DNA of 63,679 bases, counting the filler, from Choristocarpus tenellus KU-1152 (Eukaryota > Protista > Phaeophyceae): assembly GCA_964200185.2 (NCBI GenBank). It is 13 parts of 13 records of this genome, joined end to end, with 100 filler letters (N's around TTAATTAATTAA, not from the genome) between each part and the next. Parts side by side here need not be neighbours in the genome. Positions count along the whole stretch, not along the records: positions 23,138 to 27,497 come from CAXNAD020014929.1; positions 27,598 to 30,782 come from CAXNAD020021697.1; positions 30,883 to 37,183 come from CAXNAD020008439.1; positions 37,284 to 43,704 come from CAXNAD020008174.1; 9 more parts are not named here. One strand, given 5' to 3'. Shown in pieces: positions 26,890 to 38,771 of the stretch. Position numbers and translations under genes: made by a program. Every line of letters starts with the position of its first letter. The first letter of the stretch is position 1. The notes beneath the pieces are model-generated. The model made no database searches. It saw only the letters and a program-made list of their open reading frames with translations, and was not told the DNA's origin.

Positions 26890-27782
26890 GTAAGACACTG
26901 CCGAAGACCAATCCTAGGGTAGTTAAGAAATTGAACTGCCAACAAACCTCGGATTAGTTGGGGTCACGATAATACTGAAGAGCCTTTACATGTGCAACCA
27001 TTCCTTGCACGTGGAGTCAAAGGTTGATTACGAGGGTCCAGCAAAGTAACAATCCCTTGTATTAATTGGATATTCTTGCATGCTGTACAAAATGTAAATC
27101 AATCGGAAGCTCGATATATCTGTACATTTTGAGTCACATCGTGAAGTGGGATAAATTGGTTGATGTTGGACCCCTTGCCTTTGGTATGGTTACCCCAGAT
27201 GCCATGGATTATTTCTCTAGGATACTATCACCGTACCAAATATGTTGTAACATAGATAGGAGGGAATGCACAACGAAAAGGTGCACTACACAACGTATCG
27301 GGATGAAGCTGACAGTCAATAAGAGGCTGGTTCCACGGGTGAATCTGGGTCCCAATGTGGTGTTTGTGTTAGGAGCTTCCATTCTCTTAAGCGTTCGCCT
27401 GGATATTTTAACGTACAATTATCTACAGGGTCAAAGTATCTGGGGGAGGGGTATCGGCGTCCGTTTTTCACCCTTTTTTCGATTTTCACTTTTTTGGNNN
27501 NNNNNNNNNNNNNNNNNNNNNNNNNNNNNNNNNNNNNNNNNTTAATTAATTAANNNNNNNNNNNNNNNNNNNNNNNNNNNNNNNNNNNNNNNNNNNNGGT
27601 TGAATAGGTTTCTTTTGGGGATTTTGGTTTTTTGAATGGTACTACAGTATGTGATGTGGCAGCTGACTGGAGGTGGTTCTGTCACTAGAATGTATGCCCA
27701 ATGTATGTGACTGTTTCCTAGGTCTTGTCCATTTTGTTGTCGACTGTTGCAAAATCTCTCTCGCTTTCCAATGTCTGTATAG

Positions 27783-30438
27783 GAGAGGGCACTAGATCGC
27801 CTGAGTGACTACTTGCATCCAGTGCACCGTGCCTTGCATATCTTTGCCCGCCTGGATATGCTGTCTGATTTCAAGGGGTGGTATTTGGAGTACAGGCGGC
27901 CCATGGCTGAGATGCGCTCCATGATCACGAGGTGAAAGTCACATCCCGATTGGTCTAAACGACGCACAAGCCCTACCACCCTCTTGTAGCGTTTGATGCA
28001 TGTATTTCAAGGTACTGTGGTATGGAGTGCACATCTTTAGCTGTCCTGTTCCTTTGTCCTGCCCCTCCTCCAGCGCTTGTCATTGCTTGCCTGTATGGGC
28101 TTTTACCACCCCCTGTGATATATTTGGACGAAATTAATAGAGACCACAAGGAAATATCTCATAATTCTTTGTTACGTGTCTATTCGGACAACGCCTTCCT
28201 TACCTGCTTGCTTCAGAGATATCAGGCGGGGGGGTGGGGGGGGTTCTAGATTATTGATAGTATCCGAAATGCTACTAGAATATTGTAAACTCGTGAACTT
28301 GACAACCACTGTCGACTTTTGGATAGTGTTGTGTTGATGCTTTGGGGGAGGAGGTGTTGGGCAATCGAAGCGTGCTGTGGACACCCTATTTGAGTTTTGT
28401 CTGCTGGCTAAATTGACTGGAGTGATTTGCATCATTTAGTGGCAATTCCATGCGCTTGACACGTAATGCTCTGTAGCGTTGCAAAATTGCTCTGTGGCCC
28501 TTAGATGGCTGTTTCGTTGCAATATGTACCGAACTAAAATAGCGACAACCCTTTTGTTACACCTAACCCTAACCCTAATCCATGTCTGATTGTACCTCTG
28601 CAAGTATTTTATGAAATATATTTCTATATTGTACATGTTGTGCTCAAGTCACAATATTAGTATTAGAAGGGAAAAAAAAGGGGTTACGCGAGCATATCTG
28701 GAGGAACAAGTTTTGGGATATTTTTTTGGGACTGTCAAAGTGATCGGATTATTTTAAACTGGGTTTTGCATATACGTGTATATATTTGTGTGCTCTGGAG
28801 TATGTTCCAGATACTTTCAACGCCATATTGGGTTGACCCAATTCAACCCACTATTTTGTGACACTTTGTAGTAGTTGACGGTAAGTAATTGACAGTTGCA
28901 CAATCCTCCAATATCTTGAAGACACACACACACACACGCACGTAGCTATGCTTATTGGACTTTTTACTTTGATATGCATATATTCATACGTGTGTAACTG
29001 AGCGTTTCAAGGTAGTTGAGCTCTGTTTTGTGTGCGTGTGTGTGTAGAAGAGAGAGTTGTTACATTTGTAGTGATCTTTTGCTTTGTTGAATGAAAACAA
29101 TCCCCTTGCAGGTAGGTTTTCTCGTATGTCGGTTGACGCTGGTGGTGTAGGCGGGGCACCATATCCAACTCTTATCGTAGGAAATGAGTTTTTACTCTTT
29201 TTTTTTATGACATTGTTTTTTTTTAATGATTGTAAAATATTGTATAGTGTATGTAAAAAAACTATCATGGTGTTGACGTTCTCGTGTCCGAGGATAACGA
29301 AGAACTTTTTTTTTTAATGTCTTACTCAAGTGAGCACCTCCAACCTACACCTGAGTCCCTCATATTCCGCAATGTAGCTGACGGGTTGATGCAGTGTCAG
29401 CGTTGGTCTCACCTGAACATACCCCCACATCAACCCAGAGTACCTCCCAGTGTTCCTCTGCCCCTCCCCCTTCACCCTCCTCCCCAAATTTCCCGTTCCC
29501 TATATGCTGACACTATGGGAGCAGGGACATTGATCATCTTGACACCGAGGGTTTCCTGACATACCTCCCCACCCTAGCGAATGGCATTGGCGGTTTCTTC
29601 ATTGTGGAGACTACCCTACTTCTTAAGGTGTGGGGGGATTGTTCTTGCTTGGCAAATAAATGTGTGTACTTTGAGAGGAGCGTTGCAGTTTGTCTTTTTA
29701 TTTATCGAAGTAAATAAGAAATCAACCACACTTGTTGAGAGAGAGAGAGAGCCAGTTATTCAGGGCGAGTTGGGACTCGATGCGGTTCTTGATTGAAAAT
29801 TAAAAAAAAAAAATCTAAGGGGTGAACACTTCAAATGCCACTGTGGAATAGAATACACATAGGTCGGTATTGTCAAGGTACTAGGTGGAAACAATTTTCA
29901 AGAGGAATTATATTCGAGCAAATGATGAACTGATGTTTTGGTACAGACTGCTGCGGTGGCGTTCTTATGATACACACCGAGATAACCTTGCTCTGGTTTT
30001 TGGTGCTGCTTCGGCACTTCCTTTTTTTAGTCTTTCCACCCAAGTTCACCAACCAATAAGGTTTTGTGTGACTCTTGATGGTATCCTCCCAATTTCGCAA
30101 TCCTGCAACCTACCTACCCCCTTCCATTTTGATGTCCATAAAGCTTGCACTTTGAAAGACACACTTCGTTGCTCCCATCCCCCTACCCCCCTCAAACTTT
30201 GATGCAGTATATATATATATTTATATTTATGTGTGAGTACCTTTGTGTACAATGGTATGAAAGTACCAAAAACCTACTTGTCTGATCCCTGTGCTTTGTG
30301 AGACTAAAGGTGGACCATCGAGAGGGACTCATGACACAGTCGCAGGTGGAAGAGTCATGGGCGCAGTGCCAGCTCAGTCTCAACAGTCTCATCCAGGAAC
30401 ATATGACCCGCATCAGCCGACCTGGTCACTTCCTGCAG
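27783..30438 (+). CDS. SEC15: Exocyst subunit Sec15/EXOC6 (partial)
   Basis: Exons 27783-27931 (LHPVHRALHIFARLDMLSDFKGWYLEYRR), an unresolved exon near 29330, 29578-29627 (IGGFFIVE) and 30310-30438 (GLMTQSQVEESW). Confidence 0.75.
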
Positions 30439-31007
30439 GCAAGCCTAGCTTCACACATATCATATTTCAGGTCGTTCGGACAATTGTGCCCTTTGGTTTT
30501 TGTGTATGAGGCATGCCGGTCTCTTGTATGGGGCATGCTGGTCTCTTGGGTGATGCTCACGCAGGTGGTATATATATATCCAACCCGCTTGGAATGTATG
30601 TTGAGATGGATGTTTTGTTGGTATAAAAAAGTATTTTTATTGGGCAGAGTGGTACCCTGGAGTGTGTGCAATATACACACTACCATGCAAGGACACACGT
30701 GTTCATACATTCATGTTGATGTATAATTCTGTTGGTGCATTTTACGCATGCCTATGCCTGTGTACACATCACTGGGGGGTGGNNNNNNNNNNNNNNNNNN
30801 NNNNNNNNNNNNNNNNNNNNNNNNNNTTAATTAATTAANNNNNNNNNNNNNNNNNNNNNNNNNNNNNNNNNNNNNNNNNNNNCCCAGTTTTGGGGGGCCC
30901 TTTGGGCAAACGGGATTGTGCAAAAAAAGGGGGGGGGGGGAAGGGGGGGGGGGGGGGGGGGAGGGGGGGGGAAGGGTGCACAATGCTTCAGCAATGACAT
31001 GACTCAC

Positions 31008-31361
31008 CTGGACCACAAGGAAGAGCACTTTACCGCATAGGCCACAAAAGAGGTCTTGATACGGTAATGGAGCTTCCCCATACCATGCCTACAGTGTTGA
31101 TGAAGACAGAGATTAAAAAACGAACCACACGAGGATCAGAAACCAACTTCGATAGATAGAGCTCACGCAGGGATTAAGACTGCGTATCATTGACACTGGC
31201 ACTGGAGTGCAATCGATCTACATGGCATGAAAATGTGTTGGGTTTCTCACCGGAGATCCACCCGCTCTGCTCTTGTCTGGGCGATTTTCTTGCTCAGGTG
31301 TAAGGGCTCCCCTCAGATACCCAAGCTCCACACAGATATCGTCTCCTTCGTAGGCATACAT
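31008..31361 (-). CDS. PDCD2: PDCD2/PDCD2L (Tsr4-like) N-terminus, 3' end cut off by the contig edge
   Basis: Exons 31251-31361 (VELGY...SRAGGSP) and 31008-31088 (AWYGEAPLPYQDLFCGLCGKVLFLVVQ) match the family pattern VxLG...SxxGGxPxW...CxxCG. Confidence 0.8.
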
Positions 31362-31510
31362 GGTGTACGAAGTCCGTTTCGTACATTGACGATGGATCGA
31401 GTTGATGAGAGCATTCGAGAAAGCCTTCCAAGGGTTCTCCCTTAATGAACAACCCCAACAAATGTGAAGGCCACTGGATCGACTGTTTTCTGCTGTGTCC
31501 ACTTACATAT

Positions 31511-34395
31511 ATGAGGTGTTTGAGAGAAGTGCATTGGACAGGCAAGAGTGTCTCCTGTGTTGGCCTTGTACGACTTGCATCACGAGTTTTGAGCAGTTCA
31601 GCGACTGGTAGAGTGCGAGGATGGCGAAGCAACCCGATTTACCCAAGTTCTCGAGATCTCGCACCAATTTTGTCCGCTGCTGGGATGGTAGATTACTGCT
31701 GTCGTCAGGAAAATGTCGAACGTCCGATCCTTGGACTCGACGTGGCTCCCACAAAGTGAGTTGAGTGAGGTATTATGTTATCTTGGTTCACTACTTTGTT
31801 GGTTGAGACTACTGATCAGAGCTCACTGAACAAACGGACAATTTCTGCTACACAATGTCCTGGCTGAATTGATTAATGCTATCCAATGCCCTTGCTATCT
31901 CCGTGGAATTGCGGTTCGCCCTTCGCCTTTGATCTGCTACTGCGTAGCTTCGGGATTGCGGTGTCAGACCAAACGAAGACCTTTGCTGTCCCACTCACTA
32001 CAATTCGTAGAAGGGATGAAAAGAACACAAAAGGTATGGTCTTCGATTCCCTTGATTGTAGGAGTCAGTCAGAGACTGCCCAAACGTGACCAGTGCGGTA
32101 AACCTCTAACTTTGTGCCTGTGCAATCTTGTAACGATCTCATCGCTAAAAATTGCTTCTATTCGCATTGAGACGTGATCATTGAGGCAAGCCCATCGCCT
32201 TCATTGAGCCCCTTGATCCATTCCTCTCCTGACTTTGGTTTAAATTTGCTCCTCCTGCACATGGCCATGGGTTGGGCGGGCGGATCACGTGTGCTCTCCT
32301 CCATGGGTTGTGCAGTCTGCCCCTTCAAGGTGTCCGCAAAATTGCAGGAGATAATTGTTGAGAGCTCAGCCTGTGGTATGGTGCGTTATGTGCGTGTTTC
32401 CTTTGTGTGTTTTCCTGGCCGTTCATCCAAAAATACAACTAAATGCATGCCTCAAGTGCTGGAACACGAGAGTCCAGTCTGTTCTTTTTTATTTTTCTAC
32501 AAATAGCACCGCACACACTACAGTCGTTACCCTTATTGCACCCTCTCCAGGTGGTGGGCTGGCCTATTGAGACATCTGGTCAGGTTGGACTACAATGCCT
32601 TAGAGTTCTTCATTTTCTTCGTCAGCTCCGTCTTAAGGGGAAGGTATTAAGGAAGGAGCACACTCTGTTGTCATTGATCGGGCCTCAAGGCTTTCCTCTG
32701 TGCATATCTCTGATCGTTCTCATCTCTGTTTACATTCTATTCCATATCCCTCATTGACTTTCCCCCGTGCTTCATGAGTTGTGCACACCTGTGCTACAGT
32801 CTATGCTCCATCTAGATCCATACGTTGAGCCATCCTGTTTTATGGCAGTCAGTAGCTCCCCATTATTCATGTAGTCCAGCGCATAGTAAGGTGGGTCCTT
32901 CACAAGCCACTCTCATTGTATGCATGTCCTGATTCCCCTCCAACCTATGTATTGTGTCTTAGTTGGTCATGTGTTCACTACATGATGGTCACAAATCCGA
33001 TCTCCGACCGTACTTTTCGCTGTTGCCTGCATTGCAGTACAGTGTCCCGATCTCTTGAAGGATTTGTGTCCACTTCCTTAGACCAATTGCAGTTAGTGTT
33101 TTCCATCTCCTAGTAACCGGCACCTCTCCCATTTACACGCTGTGTGTTAAACCCCAACAAAAAGGTTTCTCTCCCAATTATGTTGTGGGATGAGCGGCTG
33201 TCTACTGTGATTGCAAGAAAGCATCTCTATGATGAAGGCCATGGTGGGTGCAACTGCCATCTTTTGTTTGGCCCATGTCTTCGAAAATTCATCCATGGAT
33301 TTATTGTCCTAATTTTTCAGTATGCTTGTTCATGTTTCTCCTTGTATCTTCTCTTCCAGTTCACTACGTAGGTCCTCAAAGCACACAAGACACCTCGCTT
33401 GTTTAGCACAATCCAGGGTAATTGGTATTATGCCTGTAAAAGTAACCTAAAACCCAGGCCGCCTTAACGGACAACCTTCCCTGATTGTTGTTCATCCCTT
33501 CCATATGATTTGAGGAGGCAATGGGAGAGAGGCATGGGGGCTGAGGACACACCAAGGAGCATGTGCCCATTCACCTAAGCTTCCTCTGCCTTGCCCCTGA
33601 ATTGCCAGGCTTTCGCCTGTAACTACCCCAATTCTCAAGGAAAAGTAATGTCTCACATAGAGTTAAGTGTGATTTTCCTCCTTTGTATATATGTGCAAAT
33701 TCAAACACTCATGGTGTCCAAGCACAAGAAGAAAAACAGTCCATGCACTAAATAGGATGGAATGTCTGCTTGTTGATGTCAATGCTGATAGTGATTGATT
33801 GCCCCTGTTCATGACTTGGTGGCGTGTGTAGTTCCATCTGCACAACAAGTTGAAAATATTTTGGTTCCCATGATGCTGATCTTCTGGGAGCTGTGTTGCA
33901 ATGGCAGAGCTAATGCAGTGCCCCCGAACCCCTCACTTTTGTCTTCTGACCATCTTATTCTCCAAGCTCGGCATCAGATATCCATTGCTGAAGACAAGAC
34001 TGCTGCCATGGTTATACTTCAGGTACAAACTGATACAGGAGGAGTACATAGTGTTGCCTGCCTTGCAAGTATGGACATTATTGCAATCTGGCAGGCAGGG
34101 GCAGGATTTTTTTTTACAGTCTGGCCTATTTTGAACACTGGATAAGTGTTTTGTGTCCGTGCGTTGCCTAGTTACTACCTTGTAAAATATGGTTATGGTA
34201 ATAAGATATTAGCACATCCACTCACTCTTTTCAGATAAACTCAACACTGAAAGCATACCTTTTTTTTTCTTACTCTGCACTAAGTCGCTCTCATGCACAT
34301 TTTGGCTGTCGCGGCTCTCCAAACTTCTCCTCCCCTCCTTTCAGGATTTCCTCAATGGCCGTGAGTCTCAGCAAGGTGGCCTGTCTACACTCTAG
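31511..34395 (+). CDS. yqgF: YqgF/RuvX-family RNase H-fold nuclease with an N-terminal R/S-rich extension
   Basis: Exons 31511-31755, 31948-32033, 32316-32380, 32551-32643, 33165-33243, 33967-34022, 34345-34395 join in frame. Motifs ILGLDV...FGIAVSD, VVGWP, WDERLST, EDKTAAMVILQDFL. Confidence 0.9.
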
Positions 34396-35869
34396 CTGGA
34401 ATCAGGCTGCTTTGTCCATATCTGCCCTAACACAAATATGAAAGAGTTAGGAAAGTAATATGTGTAACATTTACTCATTTAAACGGGATCAGGAAAAGTA
34501 TGAAGGTTTTTGGTGTTGTGTTTGATGCCATTGACAGTCCTCATGTAGTACAATATGTAGTAGTGGGCTAGTGGTTGCAGAGATTGATGTGAGGGTATCT
34601 CGTGCATCAGAAATGAACAATGGTGGTGTATCCCATGCTTGATTTTAGGGAGTTCACTGTGTCCAATACTGATGAAGGTCAGCAACTATGTACACCCTCC
34701 TGTATTTAAAGTACGTGTGTGTGTGTGTAGTGTGTGTGTGTAGTGTGTGCATAGAGAAGGATGCAGTGCCATATAATTTTCTGTACCATTGGTCCACCGG
34801 ATCGAGATCATACTTGCTGACTTTGCCTTGAAATAAGGTGGTAGACAGGAACACCCACAAGCGACTAGACCCCCCACCATTTCCGGGACTTTGTAAAATC
34901 CATTTGCCAAGAGTATATTGCAGCAGGATTGCCAAACCTCCTTCAAAAGTTCTTGAAGGTTTTAAAGGCATGTTGGACAGAGGACTTCAAAGTCCCCTTT
35001 GGGGTGATATCTTCAAGGTGTGCTGAACACGGAGGTTTTGTTTAATGTTTTTAAAAAATATGCTTTTGAGGGGGTTTTTCTTTTCTTTTTTAAAGTTTTC
35101 CCGTGCGTTATTTCTTTAAATCACTTGTAGAGGAATATTTAAAATATCATTATCTTGTTTTAATAGACCTTGTGCCCGTGCAGTGTTCAAAGGACATCTG
35201 CCTGGGTTCGTTGTCTGTATTTTTGTAAGGTATGATGTGTTGAAACTTTAGTAAACTCCTGAGCTAGTGGAAAGTAGCAGACTCTCGAAAGTTTCAACAA
35301 AGACTAATCTCATTGGTTCAAACCCCACTGTGGTTACACATCCACCAAAAAGCTAAAATGCCGCCAGGATACGTAACCATGCTTAAGTAGCTGCCCTGCT
35401 GAAGGTAGTCACTGATTAGGGGGATACCAACCCTCAGACAAAGCCTCACCAAGTCTATTATGCAGCTTGTGAACCCCAGGATTGACTTTTTTCAAAACTT
35501 TAGTAAACCCCTGAGCTACTGGAAAGCAGTCAGCTATCTCCTCAGTAGCTCTGGGGTTCACTAGTTTCAACAAGAAGTTCCAGATTGATAACACACACTA
35601 CTACAAAATATAGTTCAAAGTAGAAGTATGTGAGTGTGCATTCGTTTTGAGTGCCTTGCACATAATAATTTGTAAGCTATTGTATGTGTGAGAGGCGATG
35701 AGTCTTGAGTGCAGTTTCTTAAATGCCGTTATGGGCTTAGTCCTACTACCTTTATACCGTAAGTCTGCTGCATTGTCCATAACTTTTGAAGGTGATAAAA
35801 TTCATTTCTGAAAGAAGAGTTGGAATCCTTGAATTTCTGGTTAGGGTCAGGTCTTTTTATTATTATTAA

Positions 35870-37060
35870 TTACTCCCCACCCATCACAATTTTATCAGGC
35901 AAAGTAAAAGCCTCCATGTCTACCTTCGGCATGTTTTGAAGCTCACCAGACAACTGCCTCTTCCTTACCTCTGTGTGCTCCACACTGAAGTAATTCCCCC
36001 CTTTGTATCTAAGTACTTGATTGTACACTACAAAAAGGAGCTGCAAAGCCCTCTCAAGTGTAGTTTCATCATACTCCTCATACTGTTTCTTACTGGCCTT
36101 CATGATCTCCTCAACATACCCAAACCGCTCCCTCATCACCCACATTTCAAAGACCTGAAGAAGCACAGGTCCGTGATATTGAGGTCAGCCGAGTTAGATG
36201 GCTGTATCACAAGCCTAATCAACCGCCCCTCAGTCTTCCCTCCCCCTGACAAGATATCTGCATTCCCCTTGCCCGTTTGGGGGGTGTGGCACCGCCTTGC
36301 CGGATGACCACGTGCTTCCCCTGCAACGAAGGCATCTTGGTCTTGATTGCAGGCAGCAACTCCTCCGTGTACCACTTTCTGTACCACAAACGGTCTGAAG
36401 TATAGTCCTGCTCATACACATATCCCCCTTTTTATGGTTCTTGCTTGTCCTGTCTGCCGTTTTTGGCTTACACACACGCCAAACGCCAAGCTTTCCATCA
36501 AAGATGCGAGCCGAATCTGGGCAAGCGTTGGTTGCAATGATCATAGTTTTGGGGATAGGGCTCTTGTGCTACACAGTAGGGGACTCTGGAAGGTCGCTAT
36601 CATCCTCATACAGAAATACCCTAACCCTTTCCCAATCAACCATCATGCAAAACCAGGTTTCAGCCGTATGGATCGTGTTCACCATGGAGGCATACACACC
36701 ACGTTTCCGTTTCACTTGATGGCAAACAAAGTCCATTCTCCATACCTTTTGCCATGATTTAAGCTCGGGTTTGATCTAGCAGCGATTTGGCATGGCCCCC
36801 ATGTCATCCACCCAACTGTTTATTGTGCTCGTGCTATAATTCAGCCCCTTGGTGGCCATCTTCATCGTCACCTGACGCACTGTGGATGACCAATTATCGG
36901 AGTTGATACTATGTATTGCGGCCATCTTGGTCGGTTTGAGCTCCGAAGGCTGCCGACTGCGTGCCGCCACCCCACGGTGAAGTGTGTGGCCACAGGCAAG
37001 CTGATCAGTGGCATCCTCCCAGAGCCCTCGCATGTAGCTCTCAAACACTCCAAACTCCAC
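35870..37060 (-). pseudogene. Decayed Tc1/mariner transposase, plant-type (DD39D-like)
   Basis: IHTAETWF, FDGKLGVW...ADRTSKNHKKG, IRQGGATP, QPSNSADLNITDLCFFRSLK. There are stops and frameshifts, and the first two catalytic Asp appear substituted. Confidence 0.85.
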
Positions 37061-38771
37061 TGACAGGGCCGGCCCAAAGTGTCACGGCAGTTTATGCTCA
37101 CCAGGGACGATAGCGAGGGCATGCCGCACTGCAGGTGCAACCCTGGTATTCAGGGATACTTGGGCACCCTCCCTACGGGGGGGNNNNNNNNNNNNNNNNN
37201 NNNNNNNNNNNNNNNNNNNNNNNNNNNTTAATTAATTAANNNNNNNNNNNNNNNNNNNNNNNNNNNNNNNNNNNNNNNNNNNNAATCGCGACATGAAAAA
37301 ATTGACCCCCAATGGACAGCTGCCACCCCCTCCCAGATACTTTGAGCCTTGTTGATTGTCAGTTGTACTGTCCATCATTGTATTGACCAGTCATCCATTC
37401 ATTGTGAATTCATATATGCACGCAAGGTGTGCAGGGAGGGGACATGAAGGGGATGCACGCCTGATTTCTGGTCTCTCAACTCAGAGCAATGCAGGCTCTC
37501 TACAATGGACAAGTCGATTCTTTCAAATTTACCATCCAGATCCTGAAGGGTCTCTTAGGAACCTTCCATTGTCCCTGTCTACAGTCCTTAGTGCTCCTTG
37601 TCCACACTACGTTCTTCTCATTATACATTCACTGCTTGGTCACAGTTAGGTTTGGTCTCCATGATCTCTTCATCACCTATCGGAAGTAATATACTCAGTA
37701 TATATATGTCTGATCAAGTGAACCACACTGCCTCAATCAAGAAAATCGCATAATTACTCCATACTATTTCAAAGCGAAGCGGAGCTTTATTATCACATGA
37801 CAAGACAACCTTTTTCGTAGGCCTGGGTGGAGCAAAGCACACCATCCCACAAGTCGCTTAAAGTACGTTTCATTTCCACAACACATGTTTTTCCAGAAAT
37901 GATGGATCTGTTACCAGCACAGTGTTCAGGCGCTAGTTAGATGCTCTGCAACATCCACCCCTCCACAAATCGCCTTGTTCTACTTATTTATATGCTCCAT
38001 GGAGTTTGTTGTTGTCCACGACAAAGAACTTCAAGGGCCATTTGATCAGGGATGGCAGTTGGTGTTCTGTAGAAGGTCCTACCCACTTGAAATGTGCTGA
38101 GTTGTTGTCCAGCAAAACATGATGTGTCATTGATCACAACACTATAAAGCGTTGTGTTATATGAGCGTAATAGTGTTGTGCTAAGTGTGGCTTACTGGGG
38201 GTCCTGACAATCTATATCAAATGCACATAGAGCCTTCCACCCCACAATCACCACTGATGATGAACCAGGACCAACATAATACTAGCACAAAGGCAGCAGG
38301 TTGGAGGTGTAAGTAGGTTATTAATAGTGAATCCGTGGGATGAAGGGGTATCAGAGTCTGAATTCAGAAACAGGCTTCAGTAGGTTGCCAATCAACTTAT
38401 CTTGCACTCTCTTCTGCACTGATAAGCTAAGCAATAAATAAATCGTTTACCATGAACATTCTCACACAATACGATACCTGGTTGGTAGTGCACACATTCA
38501 AAGACCAACTCCACGATTTCTTCCAAGGCCGTAGAATATTATCAGCAAATTTTTTTTTGGTCACCTCTATTCAGCACCACCTGGCAACATACTGTCCAAA
38601 CCACCATCTAAGCATGAAAAAGGGGACAATACCTCATTTCTAATGTCTTTTCACTGAGAAAATCAACCCTTGTACGAGGCTAAGATAGTGTTTTAAAACG
38701 GAACATCACACAAATGAACTTCATCCTGTTGTTACAACAATTTCACACATTTGCGACAACAACTACTGCTG

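Noticed and set aside
34690-37160. Fanzor/TnpB cargo in the mariner element
   Set aside because: No RuvC or zinc-finger motifs are recognisable in the ORF track.
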